A stretch of DNA of 35,633 bases, taken from NCBI GenBank assembly GCA_964549615.1, contig CAZJVP010000016.1, positions 1-35,633 on the forward strand. The letters are read 5' to 3'. Below, piece by piece: positions 1 to 8,948 of the stretch. The translations under genes and the position numbers were made by a program. The notes below the pieces were generated by a model, which ran no database searches, was not told the DNA's origin, and saw only the letters and a list, made by a program, of their open reading frames with translations. The stretch's first letter is position 1. Every line of letters begins with the position of its first letter. The stretch is from an uncultured Thermococci archaeon (lineage in GTDB: Archaea; CAYQAE01; CAYVLA01).

Positions 1-52
1 ACCTGGGAAGACATCTTAAAGCGCAAACAGCGCTGAGGGCGCGGGGATTTCG

Positions 53-1474
53 GTGAGACTGTCCATGGCTCCCCTAGCGCTCCTGGCCACGGCCACGGTG
101 ATCGACGCTGCATCAGCCGGGGCCAGTAGCTTCCGCTCCGATGAAAGGATCGTCGGCACGTACTACTTCTACTGGTATGACTATGACGCCAACCTCCACA
201 TCTACTGCGGCGAAAAGGACTCCCTGACCCACCACCCTCCGGACATCCGGTCATTCAGCTTCCGCAACGTCGCCTGGCACAGACGGGAGCTCACCGACAT
301 GATGCAGGCCGGCATCGACTTCCTCCTTCCCGTCTACTGGGGCGATAGAAGCAACATCCCCTGGGCGATCGACGGCCTGGACAGGCTGGTCCAAGCCGAG
401 CTTGAGCTCGTAGCTGAGGGGCTCTTGCCGCCCAAGATCGGCATGTTCTATGACACGACCGCCCTCATGGTCGAATACCACCTCTCGGGCCACCCCGGCG
501 ACAAGCCAAACCTAAGCACGGAGGAGGGAAAGAAGCTCTTCTACGCGATGATACGTGACTTTTACCGACATGTGCCCCCGGAGCTGTGGGCGAGGATCGA
601 TGGAAGAGCAATCGTGTGGCTGTACTCCTCCGGATGGGTCAAGGCCTATGATCAAACCCTGGTCGACTACGTTCGCCGAAGGTTCGCCGAGGATTTCAAC
701 TCGGAGGTATTCATCGTCCGTGAGCGTTCCTGGAACCTGAGGACGGAGATGGAGTACGGCTGGGGAGCCGCCCTCGGGCCGATCCTCCGCGACGTGGCGG
801 CCATCGGACCCGGATTCGACAACCTGGGGGCAGTCAACTGCTACGGCCAGAGCCCGCTCTTCCGCGACCGCCTCGGGGGGTTCGCCTACAGGGACGACTG
901 GGAGCGCGCGCTCAGGAGCGGGTCCAACATCGTGGTCATCGAAACCTGGAACGAGCTGCACGAGGGGACCGGCATTTGCGAGACGGTTGAGCTTGGGCGC
1001 CAGTACATCGACCTCACGGCGAAATACTCCAAGATCTTCAAGGAGGGATCTTGGAACAGAAGCCTCAAAGAGATGGATTCCCTGATCGAGCTTAAGCCCG
1101 AGACCTTGAGGGGCTCCCCGGGACAGAACGTCAAGCTCGACGCGACGATCGTCAATCAGGGGTGGCACAGCTGGCCCGATAGGTTGGACCTGGGGATCTT
1201 CTGGTTGAACCTCGACGAAAGGAACCGCTCCAAGAGCGAGGTCGTGACGATACAGTTTCCCGGACGGATCTGCACCGGCCAGGGCTATCAGGGCGGCATC
1301 AACCTCACGCTTCCCAAACATCCCGGCAGGTATAGAGTCTTGGTATCCACATCCTACCTTGGCAAGAGGCTCGAGTTGGAAGCCATAGTGCGCGAGCCAG
1401 GCTTGCTCGGAACGGGTCTCTTGGCGCTTTTAGGCCTCCTGAGCTTTTCGGGATCGCGGCGCGGAAAGACTTAA
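53..1474 (+). CDS. Secreted DUF5010 / GH99-GH71-like glycoside hydrolase with C-terminal Ig-like domain and membrane anchor
   Basis: N-terminal signal peptide; motifs VGTYYFYWY, WHRRELTDMMQAGIDFLLPVYWG, KIGMFYDT, ETWNELHEGT typical of GH99-like TIM barrels; C-terminal VRE + hydrophobic stretch + RRGK. Confidence 0.75.
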   Translation: MRLSMAPLALLATATVIDAASAGASSFRSDERIVGTYYFYWYDYDANLHIYCGEKDSLTHHPPDIRSFSFRNVAWHRRELTDMMQAGIDFLLPVYWGDRSNIPWAIDGLDRLVQAELELVAEGLLPPKIGMFYDTTALMVEYHLSGHPGDKPNLSTEEGKKLFYAMIRDFYRHVPPELWARIDGRAIVWLYSSGWVKAYDQTLVDYVRRRFAEDFNSEVFIVRERSWNLRTEMEYGWGAALGPILRDVAAIGPGFDNLGAVNCYGQSPLFRDRLGGFAYRDDWERALRSGSNIVVIETWNELHEGTGICETVELGRQYIDLTAKYSKIFKEGSWNRSLKEMDSLIELKPETLRGSPGQNVKLDATIVNQGWHSWPDRLDLGIFWLNLDERNRSKSEVVTIQFPGRICTGQGYQGGINLTLPKHPGRYRVLVSTSYLGKRLELEAIVREPGLLGTGLLALLGLLSFSGSRRGKT

Positions 1475-1507
1475 GATCGCGCCCCCGGGGAGCCGGGAAG
1501 CGGTACC

Positions 1508-2149
1508 GTGGCGCTTGCCTTGAAGGATGGTGACGCCATCCTCTTCATCGGGGACAGCATCACCGACTGTGGGCGACGCGCCCAGGAGGCACCCTTGGGC
1601 AACGGATACGTCAGGATCTTCTCCGAGCTGGTCACGGCCACCCACCCCGAACGCAGGATCACCTACATCAACAAGGGAGTAGGCGGCAACCGGATAACCG
1701 ACCTGAGGAACCGGTGGAAGGACGACGTCCTGGACCATGACTTCCAGTGGCTGAGCGTCATGATCGGCATAAACGACGCAGCCAGCCACATCATGGCTGC
1801 CCCCGACTCGGTCAGCCCGGAAAGGTATGCCGCAATCTACGACGAGCTGCTCGGCCGGACAACGGAGGAGCATCCCTGCGAGGTCGTGCTGCTCGACCCC
1901 TTCTACATAAGCAGGGACGTTACGGGCAACTCCATGCGGAGCCGGTTCCTGACCGTCTTGCCCGACTACATACGCACCGTCCACAGGATGAGCAGGAAAT
2001 ACGGCACCAAGCTGGTGGAGACCCACAAGGTTTTCCAGGAGCACCTGAGGTACAGGGAGCCCGACTTTTTCGCGCCGGAGCCCGTGCACCCCTACCACGT
2101 CGGCCACGTCATCATTGCGCACGAACTTCTAAAGGCGCTCTCAAGATAG
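1508..2149 (+). CDS. SGNH/GDSL hydrolase (esterase)
   Basis: Block I FIGDSITD, block II NKGVGGN, block III IGIND, block V EPVHP. Confidence 0.92.
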   Translation: MALALKDGDAILFIGDSITDCGRRAQEAPLGNGYVRIFSELVTATHPERRITYINKGVGGNRITDLRNRWKDDVLDHDFQWLSVMIGINDAASHIMAAPDSVSPERYAAIYDELLGRTTEEHPCEVVLLDPFYISRDVTGNSMRSRFLTVLPDYIRTVHRMSRKYGTKLVETHKVFQEHLRYREPDFFAPEPVHPYHVGHVIIAHELLKALSR

Positions 2150-2947
2150 GGCCGCGCCACACCGGTAAAGGTCCGTCCTGCGATCCTCGATGTGGGAGCC
2201 GTTGAGAGCGTCCAGGTCCACCGTGCAGGGAACGAGGGCATCCCGGTCCGACCGAACGTCGACAACAACCTCGCCCCCGGGGCCCGTCACGAGCGACTGC
2301 CGGGGATGGGCGAAGGCCACGAAGAACCCGTTTTCGTAGGCCCGGGTCCGCATCATCGCCAGATTCAGATCGCAGTGCATGCCGTAGGACGGGACCGCCA
2401 CAAGCTCGGCTCCCAACAGCCTCTGACACCTTACTGCCTCGGGCCACCTCCGATCAGCGCAGATCAGCACCCCAAACTTCCCGAAGTCAGCCCCAACGAT
2501 GGTCCACGACTTCCCCGGCTCGAACTGAAGATCATGCTGCTGCAGATGGGTCTTGTGGTACGTGGCGATCCGCCTGCCTCGCCTGTCAAAGACGGCGGCC
2601 GAGTTGGCGGCCTTGCCTTCTCCCACCAGCTCCGTGCATCCCAGCACGAGGTAGAACCCGCCCCTTCGCGCCAGCGCGCCTGCACGAGCGAGGATCCAGC
2701 TCTCCGACGGGTCCAATGCGCACTCCGACAGCCACCTCTTCCGCCCCGCCCACGGCATGGACAGCTGCTTGGGGGCCTCCCTGGCCGCATATCCGTCGAG
2801 AATGCACTCCGGCGTGATGACGAGGTCCATCCGCCCGGGGGGAACGGCGCGGAGGATGGCCTTGAGGCGAACCCAGTTACGCTTCACCTCCCATGCATCG
2901 GGAACGAACTGGACCATGCCCAGCCTGACGATCCTGGACGCTGCCAT
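2141..2947 (-). CDS. Carbon-nitrogen hydrolase (nitrilase superfamily)
   Basis: E-K-C triad motifs ITPEC, YHKTH, LICAD, plus RTRAYEN. Start moved to ATG 2947, which follows GAGGTG. Confidence 0.9.
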   Translation of the reverse strand: MAASRIVRLGMVQFVPDAWEVKRNWVRLKAILRAVPPGRMDLVITPECILDGYAAREAPKQLSMPWAGRKRWLSECALDPSESWILARAGALARRGGFYLVLGCTELVGEGKAANSAAVFDRRGRRIATYHKTHLQQHDLQFEPGKSWTIVGADFGKFGVLICADRRWPEAVRCQRLLGAELVAVPSYGMHCDLNLAMMRTRAYENGFFVAFAHPRQSLVTGPGGEVVVDVRSDRDALVPCTVDLDALNGSHIEDRRTDLYRCGAALS

Positions 2948-3009
2948 CACCTCGCCAAAGCACTCTGGGGGAAAACGCTGGGCATGCACCTGCCCGTCAA
3001 CGCGACATC

Positions 3010-3360
3010 TCACTTGCCTCGAATCAACCAGTCATCCCTGAGGAACTCGGACAGCGTCACGATCTCCATCTTCGAACGGTCAACGACCTCGTAGAAATCC
3101 CTGGCCAGGCCCTGAAGCCACCTTGCCTCGGAGAACCTCCTGAAGAACCTTTCGCGCCCGTCCTGATCCGTGAACTCGAAGAGCTCCGCGAACCTTCCCA
3201 CCGGCCCCTCGGACCCGGCCTCGAAGGTCCTATACGATAGAAGCTCCGGTATCTCCTCGGCATGGGCACGCAGGCTCGCATGGATCTTCTTCATCAATGC
3301 CCTGTACTTGCTCCTTTTCTCGTTCTGCAGAGGGTATAGCTCTAGCAGGTAGACCGACAT
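3010..3360 (-). CDS. Small hypothetical protein, possibly a dimeric alpha/beta-barrel (NIPSNAP/ABM-like) fold
   Basis: 116-aa protein-like part (MSVYLLELY...FAELFEF) of the 218-aa ORF; TATA-like AAAGCTTAAG about 35 nt upstream. The fold is a guess. Confidence 0.6.
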   Translation of the reverse strand: MSVYLLELYPLQNEKRSKYRALMKKIHASLRAHAEEIPELLSYRTFEAGSEGPVGRFAELFEFTDQDGRERFFRRFSEARWLQGLARDFYEVVDRSKMEIVTLSEFLRDDWLIRGK

Positions 3361-3530
3361 CGAATCGCCGAGCCCTGATTTGAGGCTCCTACTTCTTAAG
3401 CTTTCCACCTGGCATACGGCAAGCCACAAGAGGCATGGCCGATGCGCAAGGCAAGCGTTGGCCCCTGACTCGACGCCTCCCAGGTGGAAGCATTTTTGCG
3501 TGGCGTTCTGTGACCGCGGGCCAGAGGAAA

Positions 3531-3893
3531 ATGGCGACGAACGTTGACAAGTATTCCAAGCTGCCACTGCTGGAGCCCGCCGACTTTGAAGGGCGGAAGC
3601 TTGCAAGGCCGGGCAAGGCTCTGGTGTTCTTCTATGCGGCATGGTGTCCTTTCTCTCGGGCCGCATGCCTTGAGACGGACTGTATCAGGAATCAAGGGGC
3701 TTACGACTCCTACGCGGTGGACCTGTCCGATGAGGAGAATCCGCTTTGGGAGGATCTGGGGATCGGTGTCGTGCCCACCCTGATCGGGTACCGGGATGGA
3801 GTCGAGATCTACCGCAAAGAGGGCGTACGCTCGGTTGGCCTGAAGAGGTCGGACTTCAAAGCTGCCGACATGTTCATGAAACAGCAGGCATGA
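3531..3893 (+). CDS. Thioredoxin family protein (CxxS)
   Basis: LVFFYAAWCPFS, cis-Pro motif VVPTLIGYRDG. Start at ATG 3531, downstream of a TATA-like CATTTTT. Confidence 0.88.
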   Translation: MATNVDKYSKLPLLEPADFEGRKLARPGKALVFFYAAWCPFSRAACLETDCIRNQGAYDSYAVDLSDEENPLWEDLGIGVVPTLIGYRDGVEIYRKEGVRSVGLKRSDFKAADMFMKQQA

Positions 3894-3967
3894 TCGACGC
3901 CGCCCGCCCAATAGCACGGGGCGCACGTCGCGCCACGCACTCCCTGGATTGGGCGTTCCCGCGCGAC

Positions 3968-4579
3968 CTACCGCGGGCGCCTAGCTATTGCCCAAGCCCC
4001 CAGCAGGATCAGTACCGCGGAAAGCCAGCATCCTTCCGGCACGGGCTGCGCCACTAGGGCGATGATGAGGGTGCCCGATCTCTCGCCATGGTTTCTCACC
4101 TCGCAGGTGGGGTACCCCTCAAGAGTCCTGTACCTGACGTACCCCTCGGCGGTCTCGACGTCCACATTCCCCGCCGGTATGCTTGTCGTCCACGGGCCCT
4201 CCGCAAGGTTCATCGTGTCCCAGATGGCGATCGTGACCGCTGCGTCGCCCCTTGTGTAGGAGCATGACCCGACGGTAACGCTCCCGGCCGGCAAGGCCAT
4301 GTTGAATCCGTGCGACGCGCCCTTCTCCCATCCCTCCACAGCGGGCGGCAGTCCCTTGATGAGCTCCTCAAGCGGTATTCCCTTCGGGTAGGCGTCGCCA
4401 AGCCCCGCAATTCCCCTCAGGTCCATCAGCTTCGCGAAATCGAAGAGAACCGTATTGGACTCCGTCCTCTCTCCGGCAAGGATGGTGATGACCCTCGATC
4501 TCTCAAGCCCCGCCGCGCACCCCAGACTGACCAGCGCGAGGATCGCAGCAGCGGCCCCCTCAGCACCATGCATCCTCAC
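3968..4579 (-). CDS. Secreted/membrane-anchored hypothetical protein
   Basis: Signal peptide (AAAAILALVSLGCAA); C-terminal VPE + hydrophobic helix + RRPR. Confidence 0.75.
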   Translation of the reverse strand: MRMHGAEGAAAAILALVSLGCAAGLERSRVITILAGERTESNTVLFDFAKLMDLRGIAGLGDAYPKGIPLEELIKGLPPAVEGWEKGASHGFNMALPAGSVTVGSCSYTRGDAAVTIAIWDTMNLAEGPWTTSIPAGNVDVETAEGYVRYRTLEGYPTCEVRNHGERSGTLIIALVAQPVPEGCWLSAVLILLGAWAIARRPR

Positions 4580-4627
4580 TTGGATCCCGCCCAGGCGAAT
4601 TCCCTATGCCTTTTCCCCCTTAAGAAT

Positions 4628-4838
4628 CTACCGGGTCGCGGGCCGCGGCGAGCTTGGCCCAACCTAGGATGGTGTGGGGAGAGCGGTCTAGATCCAGATC
4701 GGCCAGACCTGAGTACCCCCCTTCGGTAGATCCACTCAGGGTCTGGGGAGCCACATGCCATCACGCTTGATCAGGACTGGCGGTAGGGATTCCTAGATGG
4801 GCCCGCCCCGAGCAAGCTGCTCGCCCGTCCCAGAGTAG
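4628..4838. other. Long nested fold-back, candidate structured ncRNA
   Basis: Nested complementary segments 4656-4669/4791-4803, 4668-4677/4751-4762 and 4703-4714/4734-4746, with CTTCGG at 4721-4726, plus hairpin 4809-4823. Confidence 0.4.
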
Positions 4839-4958
4839 CGGTGGCGATTGGTGCGCCCCTGAAAATGGCAAACGCCTAGCCTAGCAACCAGGAGGACACG
4901 TAACTTCTCGCCGCCCGGCTAACGATTTATCTAACGTCCAAGAGGGCGGACTCAAGAG

Positions 4959-7049
4959 TTGACCGAAGTGATACCGAACCCATCCTTCGAGCAGATCGGG
5001 AGAACGGGGCCGCGTCATTGGACCCTGAATGGGGGATCCGCCCACCAATACGTGGGATCTGGGGAGGCCCATTCGGGTCAAAACTGCATCCTGCTCAAGC
5101 CAACGGGTTCCAGGCTCTCATGGCAGTCCGAGCCGATCCCCATCAGGTCCCAAGCACGTTACGGACTGAGCTGGTGGACGAGGTTGGACGGGGGCCGTCC
5201 CTGGCACTGGACGTACCTCACCCGATTCACGGGCATCGAGGTTGACTACCTTTCCGCCGATGGCGTTGCCCTTGACAGCCACAAGCGAAGGCTCAACTGC
5301 CTGAGGACCAGCGGATGGGTGAGGGCCTGGACCGTCCTTGACGCCCCGAAAGCGGCGGCGAAGATGACCGTCGCTTTCGTCCTCGATTCCTCTTCGCACA
5401 TACAGATGTGCATGTATGTTAATGATGTGGAGCTGGAGGAGATACCGAGCGAACTGCCTGAGGGATTCGGCCGGTTAAGATTGTGGGCCTATGAGGATCA
5501 TGGCAGAGAGCCCACGTTTGCCAGATTCTCCGTCTCGGGCCCAGCTGGGTCCTACTTCTTTCCCAGGTACAGCTACCCCTTCAAGAACGGCCGGTTCTAT
5601 CATGTGAACGACCCGTCGCTCAACGTGCTTGACCTGCCGGCCGGCCGCTACAAGGCAAATGCCACGAGAGGGCCAGGATACACGGCGGCGGAACGTGAGA
5701 TTGCAGTTTCGCCGGGCACGACCAGCGACGCCAGGCTAGTTCTGCGAAAGCAACAGGTCGGCGCGGAGGGTGAGTGGCACGGGGGCGACCACCACGTCCA
5801 CCTGTTCTTTCACAAGGACTCGGTGCACCCGCAGATGACGATCGAGGACGTGATGAAGATAGCTAAGGGCGAGGGCCTGAACTATGTGTCCTTCTGCGGC
5901 GAGTGGAGCGAGTTCACCGGCAACCTCGGGAACCACGAGATCGCACGGTCCGAGAATTTCGTGGGCGAGGTGGGCTTGGAATCGGTCAACGATTTCTATG
6001 GGCACCTGTGCACGTTGAACTGGAGCCATGTCCCGAGGCAGGGCATCCCTATGAGGTGCGTGCCGTGGCCCATGAACCTGGACACAATCGAGAGCCTAGA
6101 AGAAATGGGCGGGGCATGGACGTACGCTCACCCCTTCGACCGCGTGGAACCTTCGGCGGTGATCGAGGCCATGGCGAATCCCCAGAGACTTTCCTGCGCG
6201 CGGGAGCTACCCGTCATACTGGCTCTCGGCCACAGGGCCAATCTCGACATTCTCTGTCATGCCGACCCGGGAGGCGCCAAGCTCATCACCGAGGAGTATT
6301 ACCGTCTCCTGAACATGGGCTTCAAGATCGGCATAACGGCCTCGACGGATTTCTATGTCGACCAGGCCAAGGGGACGCCGGGGCACAACCGCACATACGT
6401 GCGCTCGCCCTCGCTTGACTTCGCCTCCATAGCCGAGGCCTACCGGGCGGGCAGAACCTTCGCGACGAACGGGCCGCTGGTCGACTTTCAGATCAATGGA
6501 TGCAAGATAGGCGACGAGCTGGACCTTCCCCCGGGGAGACACCTCTTGAGGGCAAGGCTGGTTGCCTTCTCCCGGATGGGCCTCGAAAGGGCAAGGGTGA
6601 TCGTGAACGGCAAGGTCCTCAGGACCGTTGAGGCGCGGGGAGACTGGATGGATGAACAGTTCGACCTTCCCGTGGAGCAAAGCTCTTGGGCCGCGGTCCA
6701 CGTCGAGGGCCCCGTCGATGACGACATCGAGCCATGGGATCTCACCCCGGATCAGCGCAACCTCCAAAGCCAGTTCGCCCACACCTCGCCCATCTACATC
6801 CGCGTCGCGGGGCGCCCCATGAGACCCAGCAGAGAGGATGTCAATTTCCTGATCCAGTGGCTGGATGCGTCTAGAAAGGCATTCCATGCCCAGGAGAAGC
6901 TTTGGGAGGGCCACCCGGAGGAGCCTTACCTGGCGAGCTCCTACTCCAAGGAAGACAGAGAGAGGATAACGGCCGCTTTCGAGCAAAGGGTTCGGACCGC
7001 CAAGGAGTCCCTTCTGGGGCTTATTGAGGGGGAGGCATCCCCGCGCTAG
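4959..7049 (+). CDS. CehA/McbA-like PHP-family metallohydrolase with N-terminal CBM-like domain
   Basis: WHGGDHHVH, YGH, YAHP, ASTD, GRTFATNGP, AHTSPIY; N-terminus NPSFE...AHSG resembles CBM4/9-type beta-sandwiches. Confidence 0.8.
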   Translation: MTEVIPNPSFEQIGRTGPRHWTLNGGSAHQYVGSGEAHSGQNCILLKPTGSRLSWQSEPIPIRSQARYGLSWWTRLDGGRPWHWTYLTRFTGIEVDYLSADGVALDSHKRRLNCLRTSGWVRAWTVLDAPKAAAKMTVAFVLDSSSHIQMCMYVNDVELEEIPSELPEGFGRLRLWAYEDHGREPTFARFSVSGPAGSYFFPRYSYPFKNGRFYHVNDPSLNVLDLPAGRYKANATRGPGYTAAEREIAVSPGTTSDARLVLRKQQVGAEGEWHGGDHHVHLFFHKDSVHPQMTIEDVMKIAKGEGLNYVSFCGEWSEFTGNLGNHEIARSENFVGEVGLESVNDFYGHLCTLNWSHVPRQGIPMRCVPWPMNLDTIESLEEMGGAWTYAHPFDRVEPSAVIEAMANPQRLSCARELPVILALGHRANLDILCHADPGGAKLITEEYYRLLNMGFKIGITASTDFYVDQAKGTPGHNRTYVRSPSLDFASIAEAYRAGRTFATNGPLVDFQINGCKIGDELDLPPGRHLLRARLVAFSRMGLERARVIVNGKVLRTVEARGDWMDEQFDLPVEQSSWAAVHVEGPVDDDIEPWDLTPDQRNLQSQFAHTSPIYIRVAGRPMRPSREDVNFLIQWLDASRKAFHAQEKLWEGHPEEPYLASSYSKEDRERITAAFEQRVRTAKESLLGLIEGEASPR

Positions 7050-7384
7050 CCTGGCCATGCAAAGTTGTTGGGGCAGTCTGCTTGAGCCGCCTGCCGCGGA
7101 TGCCGTGAACGGCCGTAGGCGTCGGTCGGTGGGAACGGTAACCACCGGGGTAGGCGCTGTTCGCAGCATCCGCTTGTCCGGGGCCGTTTGCACGTTCCTT
7201 CCGTCTCACCCCGCTGGCACGTGTGGCCAGATGGAGGGATGTCCTCATCCATGCGGTTTAGCCAATCGGAAGACCGGAGATCGAAACTGCGTCCGGCAAC
7301 CTTCGATCCCTTCTTGCCACGTTGCAATGCTCCCACATGTGCGTCCTGTTCCGCAAAACGCTGAGTGGTCAACCATCGATCAAG

Positions 7385-7391
7385 TTATAAA
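7385..7391 (+). promoter_or_regulatory. Archaeal TATA box candidate
   Basis: TTATAAA in GC-rich context about 48 nt upstream of ATG 7439. Confidence 0.55.
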
Positions 7392-7438
7392 CATAGGCAA
7401 TCCCGCGCCCCCGGCGCAAAGCGCAAGGGTGATCCAAA

Positions 7439-8833
7439 ATGATAAGAGCGGGTGCTGCTTCGGTTGAGATCACGCCTGAGACCGATGTGCAGCTTGCAGG
7501 CGCGGTCGGGGTACGCAGACCGGCACGGTTTATCCAGGACCCACTCTTCGCCAAGGCTCTGGTCGTCGAGAGCGGATCCCGCAAGATTTGCCTGGTGAGC
7601 CTAGACCTATGCGTCGTCACGAGCGGTCCAGTTGATGAGATCCGTCACTCCGCTGCGAACGAGCTGGGATTCGATCCGAACGCGATAATGATCCACGCGA
7701 CCCAGACGCATTCGGCTCCGTCCCTAGGCAACTTCATGCTCAGCGATGACTTCCAAGGGCTGTCGCCTGAGTTCGAATGGCTCAGGGGAGGGGATGCCCG
7801 TTATGATGCATTTGCAAAGCCGCGCATCCTAGAAGCCATCAGGCAGGCAGAAGCCGGCCTTGAATGTGCGCATGTGGGAGCTGCGAGCGCGATCGAGGGG
7901 AGGATGGCGCACAACCGAAGGGCGGTGGGGCGGGACGGCCTCGTCATCATGCCGGGACCTTCGTGGGCGCTGCAAGACAAGAGCGTAGGGCGAGGACCCC
8001 TGGGACCCACGAAGATACGCTACATGGAAGGCCCAATGGATCCGGAACTGGGCGTCGTGTGTTTCCGACGCGAATCGCTTCACCTTTCTGCCTTGTTGGT
8101 GAACTACACGTGCCACCCGGTTCACAACTTCCCGAAGCCGTGCGTATCGGCCGACTGGCCAGGAGCACTGTCAAGCGAGCTTAGATCCCGCTACGGCGCG
8201 GGCTGCATACCGCTAGTAACGAACGGGGCGTGTGGCAACATCAATCCCTGGCCCCCCTTCGACCCCAACTACGTTGAGGATCAGGCCGTCATGGGGCGAA
8301 TACTGGCCGAAAGGGTCACCGCTGCCGTCAACACGGTTGAGTTCAAGGCGGAAGCAGAAGTCGACTGGCGGGTAAGGACCGTGAAGATTCCGCTCAGGGA
8401 GATAGATGACCGCGAATTAGAGAAGGCACGAGACATTCTCGGCCAGAATCCACAGCCCGTCTGGAATCCTCAACGAACGGCCGTCGATGTGCGCTGGGCC
8501 ATGGCGGCGGGGCTTCTTGATCTGTATCGGCTCAAGCAGCGAAGCCCCGAGCATGAATACGAGATCCAGGTCTTCCGAATCGGCGACACAGCCATCGTAG
8601 GACTGCCCGGCGAGCCCTTCGTGGAAGGAGGACTCGCCATCAAGCTCGCTTCGCCAACCTACCCGACATACGTTGTCCACGGAGTCAACAGCTATGTCGG
8701 CTACTTGCCAACGAAGGAGGCATTCGCTCGAGGCGGACATGAGACGGCGACCGGTAACTGGTCACGTCTGATACCGGAGGCATTGGACATCGTAGTCGCC
8801 AACGCCAAGGAGATGCTCCTCGACCTTTTCTAG
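7439..8833 (+). CDS. Neutral/alkaline ceramidase N-terminal-domain-like hydrolase
   Basis: GAASVEITP, DPLFAKALV, HATQTHSAP, NYTCHP, SADWPG, GACGNINP, PGEPF, GYLP. Confidence 0.82.
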   Translation: MIRAGAASVEITPETDVQLAGAVGVRRPARFIQDPLFAKALVVESGSRKICLVSLDLCVVTSGPVDEIRHSAANELGFDPNAIMIHATQTHSAPSLGNFMLSDDFQGLSPEFEWLRGGDARYDAFAKPRILEAIRQAEAGLECAHVGAASAIEGRMAHNRRAVGRDGLVIMPGPSWALQDKSVGRGPLGPTKIRYMEGPMDPELGVVCFRRESLHLSALLVNYTCHPVHNFPKPCVSADWPGALSSELRSRYGAGCIPLVTNGACGNINPWPPFDPNYVEDQAVMGRILAERVTAAVNTVEFKAEAEVDWRVRTVKIPLREIDDRELEKARDILGQNPQPVWNPQRTAVDVRWAMAAGLLDLYRLKQRSPEHEYEIQVFRIGDTAIVGLPGEPFVEGGLAIKLASPTYPTYVVHGVNSYVGYLPTKEAFARGGHETATGNWSRLIPEALDIVVANAKEMLLDLF

Positions 8834-8897
8834 GCGGATTCCAGCTAGGGGCATGGGGCCTTGGGCCCTGCAACCCTGCGCCATATGTCTGGCTTTC

Positions 8898-8933
8898 TCC
8901 CCAAGCTTGCCCAAGACAGGTGAAGCTTGGGGA
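8898..8933. repeat. Perfect 11-bp inverted repeat, possible terminator hairpin
   Basis: TCCCCAAGCTT (8898-8908) / AAGCTTGGGGA (8923-8933), between the converging 3' ends of 7439..8833 and the pseudogene. Confidence 0.55.
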
Positions 8934-8948
8934 TTCGGGCGGTGTCGC

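Noticed and set aside
4628-4890. SRP RNA, RNase P RNA, tRNA or group II intron 5' end (GTGCG at 4851)
   Set aside because: No SRP helix-8 motif, no GAGGAAAGUCC-type RNase P motif, no cloverleaf and no domain V/VI. Kept only as an unknown structure.
7046-7372. 108-aa minus-strand ORF as a real gene
   Set aside because: Unusual composition and no motifs; the region is better explained by RNA-like stems. Not fully excluded.
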